From Eukaryota sp. GEM-RC1 (Eukaryota): a stretch of DNA of 64,000 nucleotides. A program made the translations under genes and the position numbers. The number at the start of each line of letters is the position of its first letter. Within the stretch, counting starts at the first letter, position 1. Positions 35,487 to 48,090 of this stretch are shown here, piece after piece. The notes beneath the pieces were generated by a model. That model searched no databases. It saw only the letters and a program-made list of their open reading frames with translations, and was not told the DNA's origin. The DNA lies in assembly GCA_040285855.1 (NCBI GenBank), contig JAUFOQ010000002.1:124001-188000 (forward strand), given 5' to 3'.

Positions 35487-36440
35487 CAATGTATATTAGT
35501 AATATGGATATCTTCTTCTAGGATGATATCTATCATAATAAATTTACTTTACCCCAACTTCATGACTTCACCCGCTAAACCAACACAATTTAATTATTAA
35601 TCTGGAACAAGAGTTTTTGGAACTGCAACAAACAACTGTCTCACGTTCAACCTATCCTTTAATCCGCCAACTTCGAGCGATGCCAAGTGATTGTTTTCAA
35701 AGGCAAAATAACCATATGGTCCACCGCATATGATTGCCACCATTGTTTGAAGTGGACGTATCTTGAACGCCAAATGTTTTTTCTGTACAATAGAAGTTAA
35801 TAGTCTGCTAAAACAGTGCAAAAGACTTTGAAAAAGGGTTGACCAGAAGATTGTTATGACACACATTCAGATTGAGGATTAGTTCTTTCCGTTAGACTGT
35901 CATTTTACAAGGTTTCAAAGAAAATCTTTTATCTCGTAAAGATACATAAAGTCTAAAGACGTAAACAAAATTAACAATACTATTCCATGACATGGCCTTG
36001 AACCCTAAAGAGTTTCTTCAAAATTCCATCGAAATACTGGAAACATTGAACGAAATACAGAAAAACGCGACGATTTCTCCAAAAAAATAATGTTAAACTT
36101 CTTGCCAAATTCACAACACAATTGATTCAAAGATGACAAAAACGTTTGAGTTGCAATAAGAAGTTTTTTAATCTTAAGACATATTCTTCCGTATTTTGCA
36201 TATTTATACTCAATTGTTGTCGAATCTGTAAATACGGAAACACTTACGATATGATATTTTACACACGGAAAGTGTGAAATGGTGGCGTATTCTGAGTTAA
36301 TATTTTTCAACATCACTGCTTCAAAGCATCCATATAATTAGAACACTTTCGCTGTTCAGTCTTTTCAAGGTGACCATTAGAATCATTCAAAATGGAGTCC
36401 TTGTAGACTTTTGCCAACGATAGATGTACAATGTATTAAT

Positions 36441-36930
36441 TAAGGATGTTAAACGATATCAGGTCGATCAGGTCAAAGTCTTGACACTATCTTGACCTGA
36501 CCTTTGACCTGTTGCTTGATGTCCTGACCTGACCTTTGACCCGATAGATGAACTGTTGTGTTTTATAGCTGAACTAGTTGCTGTTAAGTTGTTTGTTATG
36601 GTTGAACTCAAAAACAGTAAAATATCTACTTTATAAATCTTCCAATTCAAAACCAAATTTTAACCATGCATTCAGACAGACAAGAGCTTGAGCATCGTAA
36701 ACTTGTAAAGCGTGTCATTCTCACCACTAGGAGATACACATTCCAGGATATTTAGTTAGTGTAGAACATTTTGATACATAATAATAGATCGGTGATGTCA
36801 ATCCAGCATGATTTTCAACTAGACCACAGACATTGAGCAGCTAAGACCGAATCTGAGATATCTTGACCTGACCCGAGACATGACCTGACCTGAGTTCCGA
36901 TGATCATATCTTAACTTTTTAACAGCCTTA
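36441..36930. mobile_element. Non-autonomous hAT-type element, second family
   Basis: 13-bp TIR TAAGG(A/C)TGTTAAA; perfect 8-bp TSD GTATTAAT (36433-36440, 36931-36938); TGACC subterminal repeats. Confidence 0.88.
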
Positions 36931-37372
36931 GTATTAATATATTGTTGCAATAAACTTGGTTCATGTCTTCTTGTATTTGGATTAAATATTGCCTATATTA
37001 GATGTACAGTCTACTCTGTTATTTGTACCACCCTTCGGACGCCTTGATGGGAGGGCAGACTGTAGTTCTTTGGTCTACAATTTGCTGTTGGATAATAGAA
37101 TTTACTGAAGTAAATAGAAGTTCGGTACTAATGGATGAGGTTGGAGAATACTGGAAGGAATCCTGCTATATGTACTAAAAAGAAACCCACAATTACGAAA
37201 AGCAGAATTAAGTTTGAAGAGGAATGTCAAACACTTGACTAGTATTAATTTATTGAGAGTACTTTAGTTTAAATTCAGCATTAATAATAAAAGACATAAT
37301 TACAATGTAGTTGATCATTAGACTGTGCTTTGATCTGTATATCCAATTAGTATACTAATTTATAATGTATCT

Positions 37373-37424
37373 TAGGTGTCCTAATACAATAATCAATATA
37401 CAGTTGCTTGTATTAGGACACCTA
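37373..37424. repeat. 17-bp perfect inverted repeat with 18-nt spacer (possible minimal MITE)
   Basis: taggtgtcctaatacaa ... ttgtattaggacaccta. Confidence 0.7.
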
Positions 37425-37750
37425 CATCATGTCCAAACATGATTTAAATTTGTCAACCATGCAGAGATGGTTAACGATGGAAGACTATTCATTCAATTTA
37501 TGAAATAGTATAATAATCAGAATCAAAAACGTCATTGGGTTATATCAATCCCCCAAGTACTTATTAACCAGTCACTTTTTTATTACTTAGCATATGATAT
37601 TACAAAAAGGAATGTAACATTGCAGACAAACCAACCAGAGAATTGGTGTTCAAATATCAGAGGTTGTCGTCGATTATAGATCATTTCGATGTTCAGATAT
37701 GACAGAAAGCTAGTATATTGATCTTTGGAACAGAGATAGCAATCATGGTA

Positions 37751-37824
37751 GCTCTGTTAGCTCAGTTGGTTAGAGCGTGGTGCTAATAACGCCAAGGTCA
37801 CAGGTTCGACCCCTGTACAGAGCA
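37751..37824 (+). tRNA. tRNA-Ile (AAT)
   Basis: Acceptor GCTCTGT/ACAGAGC; D arm; anticodon arm TGGTG-CTAATAA-CGCCA; GGTTCGACCC; followed by a TTTTT terminator. Confidence 0.97.
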
Positions 37825-38377
37825 TTTTTAATTCCGCCACCAACCAAACGCTGAGTTTTTCGTTGTTCTATCTGTATGTAGGTCAATTATCTGTTTTTAT
37901 CGATCTGTATACGGAGGTGTTCGTAGTGTATGCTTTTGTGAAATTCGTTGAATACTCTTACTTGGAATTTTGCAGTAAGTACAACAAGGCTTATTGGAAG
38001 ATCGGGATATCTTCTCCTCTTTTCGGTTTGTGATAACTATTTGTCAGAATTGGTTAGTTGGTTAAATTTGAAGTCCTTACATTAATAGTCATTTTTGAAT
38101 TAGGACTCTTGTACAGTTCTTGTTTCAACGAAAACTTCTCCAGTTCAGTATTGAGCCTATTTACCCTATATACAAGAATAATTACTCTAACTGATCCTAA
38201 AGAGCTGCAATGTTTTTGATGTCCCAGCAACATTATATAGTTCTTGAAAAAGTACACGTTGTCCCATTTTCCTCCTTCAGTATAATTAAGCACATTAAAC
38301 ATAGTATGAAAGAGCATGGATGTATTCATTGTTGCAAGATGCAATTGAAATAATTCAAGTTGATCACTTTTTCTGTA

Positions 38378-40867
38378 ATGTTTCAGTCTTCACCGAACAC
38401 TCTTTCCGATTTCTCCAGTCTCTCCACGGAGCCTAAGCCTCTTGAAGTGTGGTATGTCGTTCCTAAATCATTCCTGGACGGTTTTCGACGATCTTTACAG
38501 GGGGGAATTAGAGATGTGTCCAGAGTATGATGATAAGGAGATAAAGTTTCGCTCTAAAGCTGTTCGTCTTCCGGCTTCCGGTCAAGAAACTCTCTCCTTA
38601 AAGCCGGAATTGAGAATCGGAGAGTCCATTGAGACGATCAATCATCAACAACTTGATTTTATACGAAAGACGTGCCCAGGCTCTAAGGTCAACCCCATCG
38701 CTAGGGAGATGGTCCCCAAGACTGCAAACTCGATGGAATGCATGATCGATCTCTATCCCCTTTCCCTTAAAGTTAAGTCTCCTAAGGCATTCCTGGAGAA
38801 GGACTTGTCCATTTCTTCTGCTGAAACTGTGTCCACTCTCAAAACAAAGATCGGAGAACTCTGCAAAATTGACCCCAAATCCCACGAATTCGTAGTGAAG
38901 AGCAAGGGGGTCTCAAGAATCTATCTTCAGATCAAGACGATATCGCTCTAGGAGACATCCCTGTGCCCAATGAATCCACCATCACTGTTTCCATTACTTT
39001 TGGGAAAGGCAATGTATCAACAACAACAACCTCCTTTTCTCCTTCTACTCTTCATGGCTCCTCCCCCTCCCTTAACCCTCGATATCCTCTTCGATCATCT
39101 TCCAACTTCCTTGGCACTCGTACCAACCCCCGGGGTATCACGGGGCTCTCCAACATTGGAAACACGTGCTTTATGAACTCAATCATCCAATCCATCAGTC
39201 ATTGTGTTGATCTCACTGAGTTTGTTCTTTCTGAGGACTTCAAGAAAGACCTCAACAAGGATAACCCAATTGGAGCTAAAGGAAAGATAGCTCTAGCTTG
39301 GAGAGAAACTGTTCATAACCTTTGGAACGGCAAAGCTTCTGTTTACACTCCCACCAAACTTAAACATGAAGTTGGGATGATGGCAAGTCAGTTCTTGGGG
39401 TATAGACAGCATGATTCCCAAGAGTTTCTTTCATTTCTGTTGGACTATCTCCATGAAGATCTGAATAGAGTTAGAAACAAGCCTTATTTTGATACTGATA
39501 TTGATTCAGATCAAGAAGAGGTCAGTATTGCTGAGGAATCTATTCAGAGATTCAATGCACGTAATCAATCACGTGTGAGTGAGCTCTTTACGAGTTTGTA
39601 TAGGTCAAAATTGAAGTGCCCTACTTGTAAAAAAGATTGCAGTTACTTTTGATCCAACCAATCAAATTTCGGTTCCAATTCCTGACCGAGATAATCATGA
39701 TATTGAATTGTCATTGCAACTTTTAAATGTTGATGAGAAATCCGTCCGAACAATTGAGTTTAAGTTGCCTTGTCCAAAACTTCCTGAAGTTTGCTCAATC
39801 AAGGAAGAGATTTCCAAAAAGTTCAATCTGTCCACGAGCTCTATTTTCCTTTCAAAAGAACAATGTTGGGAACTTTCTCACCAAAGTCTGATGAAGATCA
39901 CATCAACATTCAATGGGAGAAGCCACTTGATGTATTGATTTGTTATGAACTGCAGGGAACGGTTTTAGCTCCCATTATCGATTTCAATCAAAAAAGATTG
40001 GTGATTGTATCTCATCAGGTTCCCAAACCGGCTATCTATCATTTTTCAACCCCTCAGTTTGAGACCACTCATAACTTCTTACTTGCTGTTTCTGAAGAAA
40101 ATAGCACTGCAGAAGAGATCAAATGTGCGATTAATGTCTACAATCAATCATTTTTGGTTAATGACTGGGAAAATCATTGTGAAATCAAAGTGGGTGTTGG
40201 TAACACTGCTTTCCATTTAACACCAATTGAAGAGTTGTCCGAAGCTTTCCTCAAGTCTAAAATACCTCATTACTATCACTCCTCAAACAGTTCTCCCATC
40301 AATGTTAAGTACCACTGGAAGACTAAGAAGGCAGTTTCTGAATACATTGAGATTAAGTTTTCAAAGGAAGTTCTTAAATCTGAAACTGTTGCCCATGTCA
40401 ATTCAAACATTCAGCTTTCTGAATGTTTTGATTTATTCTGTCAACCCGAAACCCTTGATGAAATGAATGAATGGTTTTGTCCTGATTGTAAGGAACACAA
40501 GAAAGCTGAAAAGAAGTTCGACATCTATCACGCTTCTGAGTATTTAATTGTTCATTTGAAAAGATTTAAGTACAATCAATGGTATCGTAATAAGATTGAA
40601 GACTTGGTGGAATTTCCTTTGAAAGGGCTAGATATCAGTGATTATGTTCTTGACCCTCAACAGAAAGGGTCCAATCAATTAATTTATGATTTGATTGCAG
40701 TTTCCAATCACATGGGAAACATGGGTGGGGGCCATTACATTGCCTACGTGTACAATCCTGAAGCTAAAGGTTGGTATGACATGGACGATTCAAGAGCTAC
40801 CCCCATGAGTCCTGACAGAGTTTGTAGTAGAATGGCTTATGTTTTGATTTATAAGAGAAGACAATAG
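38378..40867 (+). CDS. Ubiquitin carboxyl-terminal hydrolase (USP4/11/15-like)
   Basis: GLSNIGNTCFMNS Cys box, QHDSQEF, CPxC motifs and HMGNMGGGHY His box; UBL-like N-region; several homopolymer frameshifts. Confidence 0.92.
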
Positions 40868-41383
40868 TTTTAAGAGAAGACAATAGTATGAAATCCTTTG
40901 TTTTGTGATATAAAAATACTTTTCTAGATGTTTTTTGAGAGTTTTGTTTATATCAAACAGTTTTACTCTAGCTGATGCAAACAGAAATAGAAAAGATACA
41001 GGTCTACAATACACTGAAAAGAATTTGTTAAGAAGAAAAATGGCACTAGCAGTACTCGAACTGTCTCATACATCCATGGAAAGTTTGCTTACAACAATGT
41101 TTGTGAATGTGCACTCATGATGAAGTTCTGTTTTAGCCAAATGTTTTGTCTTTTGTTAGTACACAGCTCAGTATTGCGAATTAATAGAGTATTCCGGTAT
41201 CTATTGTTACAGTAGCAACACATTTGCACTATTAGTTTTCCAAATTACAACGTATTTTGCAGCGGTAATTGCCATGTAGAGATTATCCACTATTATTTCT
41301 AAAAGTTGACATAGAACTCCCCGAGATTGAGTTCAAGTTTGATTGAATTCTAACTTCACTTGACTTCACAACCTTCACTTTTA

Positions 41384-41965
41384 ATGAATGATGCCTTCTT
41401 CAACATTCTTTTTGAACTAAAGTTCACCACAAAACGGCTTGAAAAACTCAGTGCTAAACGGCAGAGAGAATCAGACAAAAAACAACGCATCATGCTGAAA
41501 TATCTACATGCAGGGGACTCGGATATTGCAAGAATCCATGCATCAGACGTTCTGCGTAAAAAGAACGAAAGTTTGAATGCACTGAGAATGGCTTCTCATG
41601 TGGATGCCATAAGAGGAAAGCTTGAATCTTATTCAGCTTCACGTTCAGCTATTAAGACTCTTGACAAAGCAACAAAGGCTCTCACAAGTTCAGGGTTGGC
41701 AAATCCTTCATCAATGTTTCAATCCATTGAACAGCTTAATGGTACCTTGGAAAAGTTGGGAATCCAAACAGAGTTTGTTAATTCAGCTCTATCCAGTACT
41801 TCCAATGTATCCACAACTGATGTTGAGTCTTACATTGCTAGTGTTGCTGAGTCTACTGAGTTTGACTCTGTTCTTTCATCTTTCCCTGATGTTCCTGTTG
41901 CTGATGATGAGGAGGAAGATAGCGAGGAGGAAGAAGTACAAGAACGAAATCCTGTGGCTTTGTAG
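41384..41965 (+). CDS. CHMP1: ESCRT-III protein CHMP1/Did2/Vps46
   Basis: LFELKFTTKRLEKLS..ARIHASDVLRKKNESLNALRMASHVDAI; acidic tail. Confidence 0.88.
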   Translation: MNDAFFNILFELKFTTKRLEKLSAKRQRESDKKQRIMLKYLHAGDSDIARIHASDVLRKKNESLNALRMASHVDAIRGKLESYSASRSAIKTLDKATKALTSSGLANPSSMFQSIEQLNGTLEKLGIQTEFVNSALSSTSNVSTTDVESYIASVAESTEFDSVLSSFPDVPVADDEEEDSEEEEVQERNPVAL

Positions 41966-42096
41966 ACAATCAATTATGATCAATGTCAATCGCCGCTCGG
42001 ACCTTTTTGTGTATATATTATTGTATCTTTTTGTTTTTTATAAAAATCTATCAGAAATTCAAAATGTCATTTATATTCAAATAAAAGTTTTGGTCT

Positions 42097-45000
42097 CTAT
42101 TCCACAAGTTTCATCGCTTCAAATGCTTCAAATATACCAAAAGCATCAGATCCTTGAAGAGGTGCAAGAACATCAGCAGATGCTTCGTCATCAATTGGAG
42201 AAACATCGTATTTGGAAAACTTATCCAACATAGAAGATATAGAATCAGTTAGAATATTTGAACAAAAAGGACAATCATTGACCTGGCAATAGTCATCAAT
42301 GTCTAAACAATCAAAATTGATTGGTTTTAATCGCAATCTCGAAAAAGTTTCCAAATTAGACTGCTTGCAACTAACTTGATTAGGATCAATATGAGCACGA
42401 TTGGAATTCAATTTTGGATAGATTGACATCAGATTTGAGCTGATATCTTCATACATCAATTCGATAGGAGAAAAATCAGATAAAGACAACATAATTCTAA
42501 GAGAATTTAAACATGGCAATACTTCAACTGGTAAAGCTTGAACAAGGTCTATAACAACACCATTCAAAAGAGTTACACTGCAAATAAAGGACTTGCATAT
42601 AGACAATCTGAACAACAGCTTGTTATTGTGGTTACTAATAGAAGCGAGGAAGACAAATATTGTTTGAAAGTCAGGGAACAAAGGGTGGATAGTACCAAGC
42701 TGAGGAGATTTCGAGGGAACTGTAGTCAAAAATAGAGATCCAAAGGGCTCAGCGATTGCCTTCTTGACTGCTGATTGTTTCTTCTTTGATTGGGTGAAAT
42801 CCAATTGGGAAGCTGCCGACATCACCGAATGTTCAGAGATCTTTACCTTATTATAAACAGGCTTCATATCGTACTTGTAATACAAAGGTCTGAAAGGGGT
42901 TTTAAGAGACAATACATAGGAGTTATCATCGTGAAGAGAAATGTCTGGTAGTGTGGTTGCTGAGATCTTGGTTTCCCCTCCTCCTCTTAGTTTCTTAATC
43001 TTTGCTGCCTTCACAGTTACTCCACCATTGTTCATGAGTTCAGCGGGAGATTGTAAACTGTCCTCAATTGACTTTACAAGCATGAACACGTGGCGGGGGA
43101 AACCAATAGAGATAGACTTGTTGTTGACAGTGTAGATTAAACTTTGAGCAATAACAGAGGACTTACACAGAATAAAGGCAAGAGATGACGTGTCATCAGT
43201 AAAGTACTCCAACTCGTGCGATTCAAGAATCTTATTGACTGATTGGTAACAAAGAGAAGATTTGTTAACTAGAACAATTCTAGCAAACACCGAGGGATCA
43301 AACCTATTACGTAAGAGCTGCTCAATGGTAGTTTTATCAGAATCTGATAGGTTAGAAGTGGCTTCACAATGGACAAAGAAGTCAGCACGACTTACAATTG
43401 AAAAGAACGAAAGAGAAGTTTCTGGAACGGAGTGGAAAGGCAATTCTCTAGTTGTAACAAAAGCTTTTAAAGAATCTAGTGAGTCTTCAGTCATATTTAA
43501 AAAATGAGCGGCATTAATCAATCGGTAGCTGATGTCGACAGCATTGGTAAGAACATGCTTTACTCTAGTTCTTTCCAAAATACCGTGTTTGATTCTCCTG
43601 CGACTGAAATCAAAAGAGCCCTAAACATCACGATCACGTCAGATGAGTTGGAAGCAAAACGAAGCCTCTCAGTCATTAAAGACAATCTACGAGTGAAGAA
43701 AGTGGAAGCTGTAGTGTAGAAGGTTGCCGGAACAAAGAAAATGTCTTTACATGTTATTAATGCCACCATAATGATTGAGCTCAACACGTCATCGGTCATT
43801 AATCCGACTTGAATGATCCTACACAGGTCAGCGTCAATAGGTAATAATTGAGCAAGGGTTCCAAAGTAAGTTAATCCACTCATTTCATCGTCTTCGAATA
43901 GGGCTCTATCGTGATACAAGGAAGTGATTGCATGTCTGAGTGTCGCCTGTGATGGTGATTGAGGAAGTTCCATCAAGAAAGAGCTCGGGCGACCAGGAAC
44001 TGTTGTCTTTACATCCAATAAAACCTTATTCAAAGGACAGGTTAGAATCTCTGGCGCTGTATGATGATCTCTTTTCTCGAAATCAGATGACGAGAACAAT
44101 CTAATACAGACCCCACGTGATAACCTTCCTGCTCTGCCAGTTCTTTGAGTGCAACAAGACTTACCAGCTTTCATCAAATTAAGTGACAACCTTCCTTGTT
44201 CATAGGACAACCTCTTGTGAAGCCCCGAGTCAATCACGACAGTAACCCCCTGTACAGTGAGTGATGACTCAGCAATGTCAGTGCTGAGGACTACCTTTGC
44301 AGTTCCAGAGGAGGGGGGAAGGAGGGCGGTCTTTTGGTCAGCAGAGGAGAGCAATGAGAAGATGACGGAGACTTCAAAGGGGACAGGGAAGGGGGTTGAG
44401 TTGAGAGATTCGAAAAGTTGTTCAATTTCAAATATTCCAGGTAGAAATACCAATATTGTTTCATCAGGACGGGCTAGGCTCAAAATGATGCCAACAATCA
44501 AATCACAATCAACCATTAATCGATCTGACTTGCTCTTACCTGCCGTTTTCGCTAAGGATTTTAAGGGAGGATATTTGGCAAACTCATCAACATGGTAAAT
44601 ATCAACTGGATAAAGAGTTGAACCACCATGAACAGTTGGAACTTTACCAAAATTTAAAATTTGAAAATATTCAGTGAAAAGATCGACTTGCAACGTGGCA
44701 CTGGTGACCACCAATCGAGCAGACATTACTCTACTCAACATCCGTCTAATCAGAGTCGAAACACAATCACAATCAATTGATCTCTCGTGAATCTCATCAA
44801 TAATCCAAAAATCAACTTTCATACACTTATGAGTAACGTGACAAAGACACTGAAAAGCATATCCAATTGTCTGCAACTCTATCAAAGTATTACTACTCAC
44901 CTTACTCTCTCCTCCAATCCTGTACCCAACTAGATCCCCCACAGGAGTCCCTAGAAGACTGGAAAGACGTTGAGCCATGGAAATGGCGGCAATTCGACGG

Positions 45001-47198
45001 GGTTGGGTAACAACGATCTTCTTTCCTGGGTACATTGCAAGAAGAAGAAGAGGGAGGATGGTGGTTTTACCAGACCCTGTTTGACCAGTGACCAGTGTTA
45101 CACGGTTGTTAGCGATAGTGTCAATCAAAACTGATTGTTTTTGGAATATGGGAAGATTATTGAGCTTATCAATAGCTCTCCAAGCTTTGTGACTGAGTTT
45201 GGAGGTTGTTGATTCCCTTGGCGTAAAAGGAAGGAAGAGATCAACAGTCGGAACTGATTGGGGTTCTTCCGCAGTCCAGGAAAGAGTTCCAGATGAGTAG
45301 AGATCACCGACTGACAAATGAAAGACCAAAGAAGTTAAATTCTTAAGATCATCAGAGCACTCACTTACATTTGCACAATTTGACTTAAAAAGGTCTAGCA
45401 GAAAATCATAAATTTCAGAAAAAGAAGTCAGATTTAAAGCCTGAGACTTAGTAACGGAAGACAAAGAAGCGAAAATCTCCAAATTTAAATTTGGTAAAAT
45501 CTCCAATGCTTCGTTAATTTCAAAAAGTGTGGATATTTGCATAATTCGACCAACAGTGGTCTTAAGAAGCTCACTCATAAAAACTGATTGGAAGCAGGGC
45601 AGTTTTCTATCGATCAAGGAAGGCAAGTCATCGTTTACACCAATCAAATCATCAGCCTCCCTGTGAAAATAGTGATAGCACGTCACCAAAGCAATCAAAA
45701 CAACATCAAAAACTGAGATAAAACTGCATTGATCCCTATTTTCTCCAATCATTGTTTTCTCAACTATAAACCTAACAACCGGAACTAACAACAAAAGACC
45801 AGGATATCTGTTGTTCACAAGAATCAACTGTTCAGAGAGAGCATCCTGGAAGAGAAGAGGAGGGGAAGAGGGAAGAGAAGAACCAGAGGAACATAGAAGG
45901 GAAAGCTCGAACAGAAGACGGAGTTTGTGAACAAAAGGGAGTTTGGGGGTGTTGACATCGATGGAAGACATAGAATAAGAGTCAATGTCAATTAAATAAT
46001 TTGAAATTATTGAAAATTCTTCGTTTGGTTCAAGCTGTCCACACAACAATACTTCAAATGGAACAATAGAACCTTCGCAGATTCTTCTATAAGAACAGAA
46101 CTCCGCAAACAGCAAGTCTCGCGTCATCAGTTCAATCGAAAATGATTGAAGAGATATTTGATTTTTGATTGCAAGGGAAGGATGAAGGACAATTCGATTC
46201 TCAGACAACTTCATTTTCAAATCAACAGCAAACACATCTAAGTGACCTGCAAGTTCGTGATCAAAGTCAATCAAATTCCAGACGTTAATTTCAGATAAAC
46301 TGTAGAAAGACTTACACAGCTGTCGAGCCTCTTCGATTTCAGGTTTAACTGCGACAACGTGTTGGTACAGAGGTGTTTCTTCAAGGCTTTTGTGAGCTTT
46401 CAACTGGTCAATGATAGCTTGAACTCTACTTTTTCCTCTTTTTGTGTAGATTGTGTGATTGACGTCAGCAATCACGTGCTTAGAGAAGTCACACCCTGCG
46501 ATTGTGGCAAAGTCAGTGAGATTGATCTTGAAGTGGTCACGGAAGGTAGAGGAAGAAACATAAGAGATTGTATGAGATAGGTTAGACTTGAGAGAAGTAA
46601 GAAGAGCAGACCAACTCCCTTTAAGAGTGTTTGATAGGATCCAAGTACAGTCAGGGAAGATGGCGAAGTCAGAGTCACCAGAGAGAACGCCAAAAGAGTT
46701 TCTTTCTTTGCAGTTGTTGGCCATGTACTGGTCACCTTCTCCACGAGCTATGGAGAAGTGAAACCCAGCAGCAACGGCGCATTTGATGATGAGAGATGTA
46801 AGGAGGCTGTTCTGAAGAAGAGAGTTTGATTTATGAGGAATACTTCCATCATTAAGGCAAGATTGAACGTATGTGATGGAGTCAATGGATTCATTGGCCC
46901 GAATTTCGTGTTCGGAAAGCTTTTCCTCAAGAGACTGGAGCGAAGAAGATTCAAGGAAGAAGTGAAAGATAATGTTTCTGGACTTGAGTTGTTCAAATAG
47001 TTCTTGTATAGAATGATAAAAGGATGGTAATGAGATGCCATAATACCATTCGTGAGCAAAGCTGGCTACACAGTCACAACAAAAATTTGCTGAATCAACA
47101 GTGATAAGAACAGGTTCTTCTTGCACTTTGTTGAAATCGAAACTGCGCAGCAGCTTCTTTTGAGACTGCAAGAAAGAGGACAAAAGAGCAACACCCAT
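42097..47198 (-). CDS. XPG/Asteroid-type PIN nuclease fused to DEAH/RHA helicase, with long C-terminal extension
   Basis: MGV start, VDS, GEGD, GDSDF, GCDF; then GQTGSGKT, QPRRIAA, DEIH, SAT, IAESSLT, QRTGRAGR; one frameshift near 43575. Confidence 0.85.
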
Positions 47199-47400
47199 TT
47201 TTGCAAGGTGATGTAATTTAAAAAAGTTTCGGCACAGCCCCCTTAAACATTCCCTCACCTTAAGCAGACTTATGCATTTTGTTTCTATTGTCCTGAATTT
47301 GACTTTTCACGGACAACTATAGGAATGTCAATCACATTACTAAAAGAGGATATCTGCTGTCTTTGTCACCACCATCTCATTTGTTTTTTACCAACTCTAC

Positions 47401-48090
47401 ATGGCTTTTTCACCCAAGGCCCGTGTCTCGATTTATGGTCCTCTAATCAACATATTTGTAACTGGTTTTTGCTGGCTAATGTATTCTTCCAAACATTCTC
47501 CTTCTCAATCCATACTTCCTCTAGAAACAATCGTTTCCCCTTCACCTGAGGTCTATGTATACATGATCTCCACATTCCTTAGTGGTGTTGTTATGTCTGA
47601 CTCAACTCTGCGGATGCATCGAATCTTAAGAAGGCGGTATATGGGTATTTCCTCTCCACATCGTCTCTTAAGTCTATTTGGAAATGCTCAAACCCTATTG
47701 TTTAGTTTAGTCTACATGGGGGCCTCTAGTAATCTCATTTTGCCTCTTTCAGTTGCCTTTCTAGTTGGTCCTTTCCAGTATCGTGTGTGGTACGCTTTCT
47801 GCATGATAAACTACATACTTGCTGGTGCGATCGAACTCTTTGTAGTTACTGTCACTCTGTGGGGTGTTCATTTCATAAGTAAACAGCAGGCAACTAGTTC
47901 TCCTTCTCATCTTGCGTCTCTTATAACAAAGACTTGGTTAGCAGCTATTTTCTATTCATCTGTTGCTACTTTCATGACAAGTAGCTTCTACACACAGGCC
48001 TCAGGAACTGCCGCATTGTCTCAATATTTGAATTTGTTCGCGCTCTGGATGTTTAGAGGCTCATATTGTGTAGAATTAGATAAAGAGTAA
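47401..48090 (+). CDS. Multi-pass membrane protein, possibly Frag1/DRAM/Sfk1-like
   Basis: 229 aa with about 6 hydrophobic helices; PE motif after TM1. Confidence 0.6.
   Translation: MAFSPKARVSIYGPLINIFVTGFCWLMYSSKHSPSQSILPLETIVSPSPEVYVYMISTFLSGVVMSDSTLRMHRILRRRYMGISSPHRLLSLFGNAQTLLFSLVYMGASSNLILPLSVAFLVGPFQYRVWYAFCMINYILAGAIELFVVTVTLWGVHFISKQQATSSPSHLASLITKTWLAAIFYSSVATFMTSSFYTQASGTAALSQYLNLFALWMFRGSYCVELDKE

Larger units (their letters stand above)
29596..35585 (+). mobile_element. Full-length Ty3/Gypsy LTR retrotransposon with chromodomain integrase
   Basis: 105-bp LTRs at 29596-29700 and 35481-35585 (TG..CA, 1 mismatch); TSD CAAT; PPT aagaagaaaaggcag; domain order PR-RT-RH-INT-chromo. 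Confidence 0.96.
29408..36318 (+). mobile_element. Degenerate hAT element carrying nested insertions
   Basis: Ends CAGTGGTGTTAAATAAATA and (rc) CAGTGATGTTGAAAAATA. TSD CTTCAAAA / CTTCAAAG. CCGTA motifs at both ends. Decayed hAT dimerisation motif PPTSSDAK*LFSKAK at about 35664-35710. Confidence 0.8.

Noticed and set aside
2695..43580. Pervasive frameshifts in conserved genes as programmed frameshifting, RNA editing or pseudogenisation
   Set aside because: Those examined (about 2703, 7240, 17670, 23200, 38500, 38925) are single-base indels in homopolymer runs, in both directions and with no shared motif. Long-read error is the simpler explanation.
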